64,000 bases of DNA, taken from the human T2T-CHM13v2.0 reference genome, Homo sapiens. Under the pieces are notes generated by a model. The model searched no databases and was not told the DNA's origin. It worked only from the letters and a program-made list of their open reading frames with translations. Below are positions 60,801 to 64,000 of the stretch, one piece after another. The stretch lies in the NCBI RefSeq assembly GCF_009914755.1, contig NC_060947.1; one strand, given 5' to 3'. Each line of letters opens with the position of its first letter. Positions within the stretch are counted from its first letter, which is position 1. The translations under genes and the position numbers were made by a program.

Positions 60801-62981
60801 ATCTCTTTGTTAAAGTTATCTGGTAGAATTTTGAATTCCCTCTCTGTCATGTTAAATTTCTTTGAGTTTCATCAAAACTGCTATTTTGAATTTTCTGTCT
60901 GAAGGTGGCATGTCTCTGTTTCTCCAGGATTGGTCTCTGGTGCCTTATTTACTTCATTTGGTGATGCCATGTTTTCCTGAATGGCGTTGATGCTAGTAGA
61001 TGTTCTTTGGTGTCTGGACATTGAAGAGTTAGGTATTTATTGTAGTCTTCATAGTCTGGGCTTGTTTGTAGGCATCCTTTTTGGGAGGGCTTTCCAGATA
61101 TTTGAAAGGACTTGAGTGTTGTGATCTAAGCTGTATCTGCTTTAGGGAGTAACCCAAGCCTAGTAATGCTGTGGTTCTTGCATACTTGTAGAGGTACTAC
61201 CTGGATGATATTGGACAAAATCCAGGATATTTCTCTGGATTACCAGGCAGAGACTCTTATTCTCTTCCCTTAGTTTCTTGCAAAGAAACAAAGGCTCTCT
61301 CTCTGCTCTGAGCCACCTGATGATGGAAGTTGAGTGACATAAGCACTCCTGTGGCCACCACCACTATGACTGCACTGGATCATACCTGAAGCCAGTACAA
61401 CACTGGATCTCTCATGAGGGCTGTTTTACCCACCCCCTGGATACTGCCTAATTTCATTCTAGGTTCTGGGGCTCTAGAAGCAACCAGTGGCAATATCAGC
61501 CAGGCCTGTGCCCTTCCTTTCAGGGTGGTGAGGTACCCTAGACCCCAGGTGTGTCCAGAGGTGTTGTCTGGGGGGTCAGGGACTAGAGTCAAAAACCTTA
61601 AAAGTCTACCTGTTGTTCTATCGTACTACAGCTGAGCTTAGTCAAACCACAAGACAGAGTTTTTCCCACTTTTCCCTCCCCTTTCCAAAGGCAAAGGAAG
61701 CTTACCCCATAGTCACCACCATCCCAGGCCATGAGGAGTACTGCCAGAATACTGCTGATGTTCCGTTAAGGCCCAAGGCTTCTTAAATCACCTTTGATGA
61801 ATGCTGCCTGGCCTGGAACTCACTTTTCAGGGAAGTGGGCTCCCCTCTTGCCAAGGGCAGGTCCAGAAATGCCATCCAAGAGTCAAGTCCTAGAGTTAAG
61901 GACCCCAAGAGCCCGCTTGGTGCTCCAACCTCCCATGGCCATGCTGGTACCTAAGGTGCAAGACAAAGTCCCTTTGACTTTTCTTTCTACTTTTCTCAAG
62001 CAGAAGGAGTTTTTCCCCATAGCCACCACAGCTGGTAATGTGTTGAGCCTCACCTGAAGCCAGCAAGTCTCAGAGGCTCACCCAAGGCCCTCAACCTGGG
62101 TATTGCAAGTGATGAATGGTGCCAGGACTTGGTCTTTTCCTTCAAGGCAGCAGGTTCCCTTCTGGCCCAGGGTGTGTCTAGAAGTGTCTAGGGCCTGGAA
62201 TTGGGGCCTCATGACTCTTACTGGGGCCCTATCCTGATGTGGCTGAGCTGGTATCCAAGATGCAAGACAAAGTCTCTCTCTCTCTCAAAGTCCCTCTCCT
62301 CTCCTCAAGTAGAAGGAAGGAGTCTCTTTTGGAGTCATTAGCTGTGTAGCCTGTAGTTAGGGAATGGGTGATGCCAGCACTCCCTTAGCTGCCCTGGCTG
62401 ATGTCTCAGTATGGCACCTGCCCCCTCAGTCCACTGTCTCTGGGCCTAGTTCAGCACTAGGACTCACCTAAGAGTTGCAATCCTTGTGGCCTAGACTACC
62501 TTTCAAGTTTACCTGGAGACAGACAGCACTGTAGCCCTAGGTGATGAGGTTTGCAAGAACTCTAGTTTGGACTGCTGGGCTTGGTGATTCCACTCTGGCT
62601 AGGGCCTGTTTAAATGCTCCCTGCGTGGGCGGGTGTAAGCCGAGTTTGGTCCGGTTTTCTTTTCTGCCCTACCACGACAGCACTGAGTTCAATGCCTCAC
62701 AATTGTTGTGTTCTTTTTCCCTCAGAGCCAAGAGATGCTCTCCGCAGCAGGCCACACTGCTGGGGGTAAGGGAGGGGTGGCGTCCGCCATTCAGAACTAT
62801 TTTTTCTATCTCTTTAGTGCTTCTTTCAGTGATATGAAGTTAAAACTAGGTATTATAAGTGCTCACCTGATTTTTGGTTCCATGAAGATTTTTTTTTTTT
62901 CCTGTGTAGATAGTTGTTAACTTGGTGTCCTTGAGGAGGGGACAATTGGTAGAGCCTTCTGTTCTGCCACCTTACTCTCCC
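57884..62981 (-). mobile_element. LINE-1 (L1M1/L1MA1-3-like) with long 5'UTR, internal deletion of most of ORF1 and truncated 3' end
   Basis: Antisense ORF2 ([41 protein letters not shown]) at 57884-60770; ORF1 start fragment ~60770-61030; 5'UTR with internally duplicated modules; 5' terminus 'ttctgttctgccaccttactctccc'. Confidence 0.92.
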
Positions 62982-63899
62982 TTTCTCCTGGAATTGTTTT
63001 CTTATAAAGAGTTGTTTATTGAAAGTTTCACAAAAGGCCATTTTTTTTTAACTTTGAGTTGGGACTTCAAAAATCATGAGTGATCACAAACACACACACA
63101 ATTTCAAATCTAGGTTATTCATTGCAGAGGGCTGCTCAGGGAGGGAAATATCCTGTCACATCCAAAAGATTTGGCATACTCCCGGTTGCTAAGAGTGTCA
63201 CTACCAATTACTTTGCTTGTAAGGCGGCTTCTCTACAGATTCAGGAAGCAGGTGAGGTCTGTGATGGGCTCCTCAACTCCTCTTTCCTTAGAGCCTCATC
63301 TAAAGCTTCCCAGAGTTCTCTTAAGGCAGCCCTACTTTTCTGACATTCCTTGGTTACCATGTGGCCACCATGTGGCCTCCTACCCGAGTTTGACTTTGCT
63401 GATCCGTATCCTGAATGTCTCATTCTCAGCTACCCAACCACCGACCTCAAATTTTCTGTGTGATGACATTTTTATTAGCACAGAAGTCAGCATACAGTGG
63501 CAGACTTTGGTAAGAAGATGGTACGGGCAGGAGATGTGACCACAAAAGCAACATAGGCTCCAGAGATGTGGGAGAACTTCAGTGAGAGGTACATTTATAC
63601 AGGCAGAGGCAAGATTCAGAAATAAGGTCAAGGGAAAATGGTCATGAACAAGGATGAAAGCAACAGTAATTCATAGAGCAGGCTTAAATGTCATCATGGT
63701 TTGGGACCATGGTAGGATCAATAGACAAGATAGTCGGAGGACTGAACAAAAAGCAGAAGTCAGCAATGAAGCCAAGCCTCAGACAGTAGCAATAGAAATG
63801 ACATTAATTCAGGTCTCAGTCACTTCCTTCAGTTACCATCAGCTCAGCATCTTCCCTTTGAGGTGGCCCCCCAAGTTCTTAAAGGATCCAGGGTTTTAG

Positions 63900-64000
63900 T
63901 GTCAGTCAGAGTTCAATCAGAAAAGCAGAATCATTGGGAGATATTTCTCCCTATCTCTATCACTATCTCTTTCCCTATTACTATCTCTATCTCTAGCTAT
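63900..64000 (-). mobile_element. MLT2-type (ERVL) LTR end with internal simple repeat; continues beyond the window
   Basis: 'tgtcagtcagagttcaatcagaaaagcagaatcattgggagatat' followed by (ctatct)n. Confidence 0.6.

Noticed and set aside
61790-62320. Duplicated modules ('gctggtacctaaggtgcaagacaaagtc' / 'gctggtatccaagatgcaagacaaagtc')
   Set aside because: Diverged and consistent with the native repeated structure of old L1 5'UTRs, not a locus-specific event
63080-63899. Group of 60-122 aa ORFs near the window end
   Set aside because: No recognisable domains or splice structure; may be a decayed LTR but cannot be supported

Overview
AT-rich, repeat-dense primate (probably hominoid/human-like) genomic DNA, intergenic or deep intronic. 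I see no intact protein-coding exon, RNA gene or CpG island. The window is dominated by decayed transposable elements: several L1s (a 5'-cut L1PA at 1-3612, L1MA3, a near full-length L1PA16-like copy at 22.7-29.3 kb, L1PB1, two internally deleted older L1M copies), four Alus (including a young AluYd-type copy with a 16-bp TSD), MaLR/ERVL LTRs (including a two-LTR MLT1 provirus), MER5/MER81 DNA elements, MIRs and L2s. Most long ORFs in the supplied track are L1 ORF1/ORF2 fragments or their antisense shadows. The most notable hidden feature is in the apparently unique AT-rich stretch at ~11.4-13.1 kb: read across frameshifts and stops, it encodes an almost complete Ac/ZBED1/ZBED4-type hAT transposase (BED finger, DDE core, CxxH, RWNST-like motif, C-terminal dimerisation domain) in the correct order. 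It is either a very old autonomous hAT fossil or a dead domesticated ZBED-like gene. Other oddities are a near-perfect 105-bp templated duplication 793 bp away, an Alu with a fold-back 5' end, and several non-canonical L1 junctions. Subfamily names come from recalled consensus features and need RepeatMasker/Dfam confirmation; boundaries of old elements are approximate.
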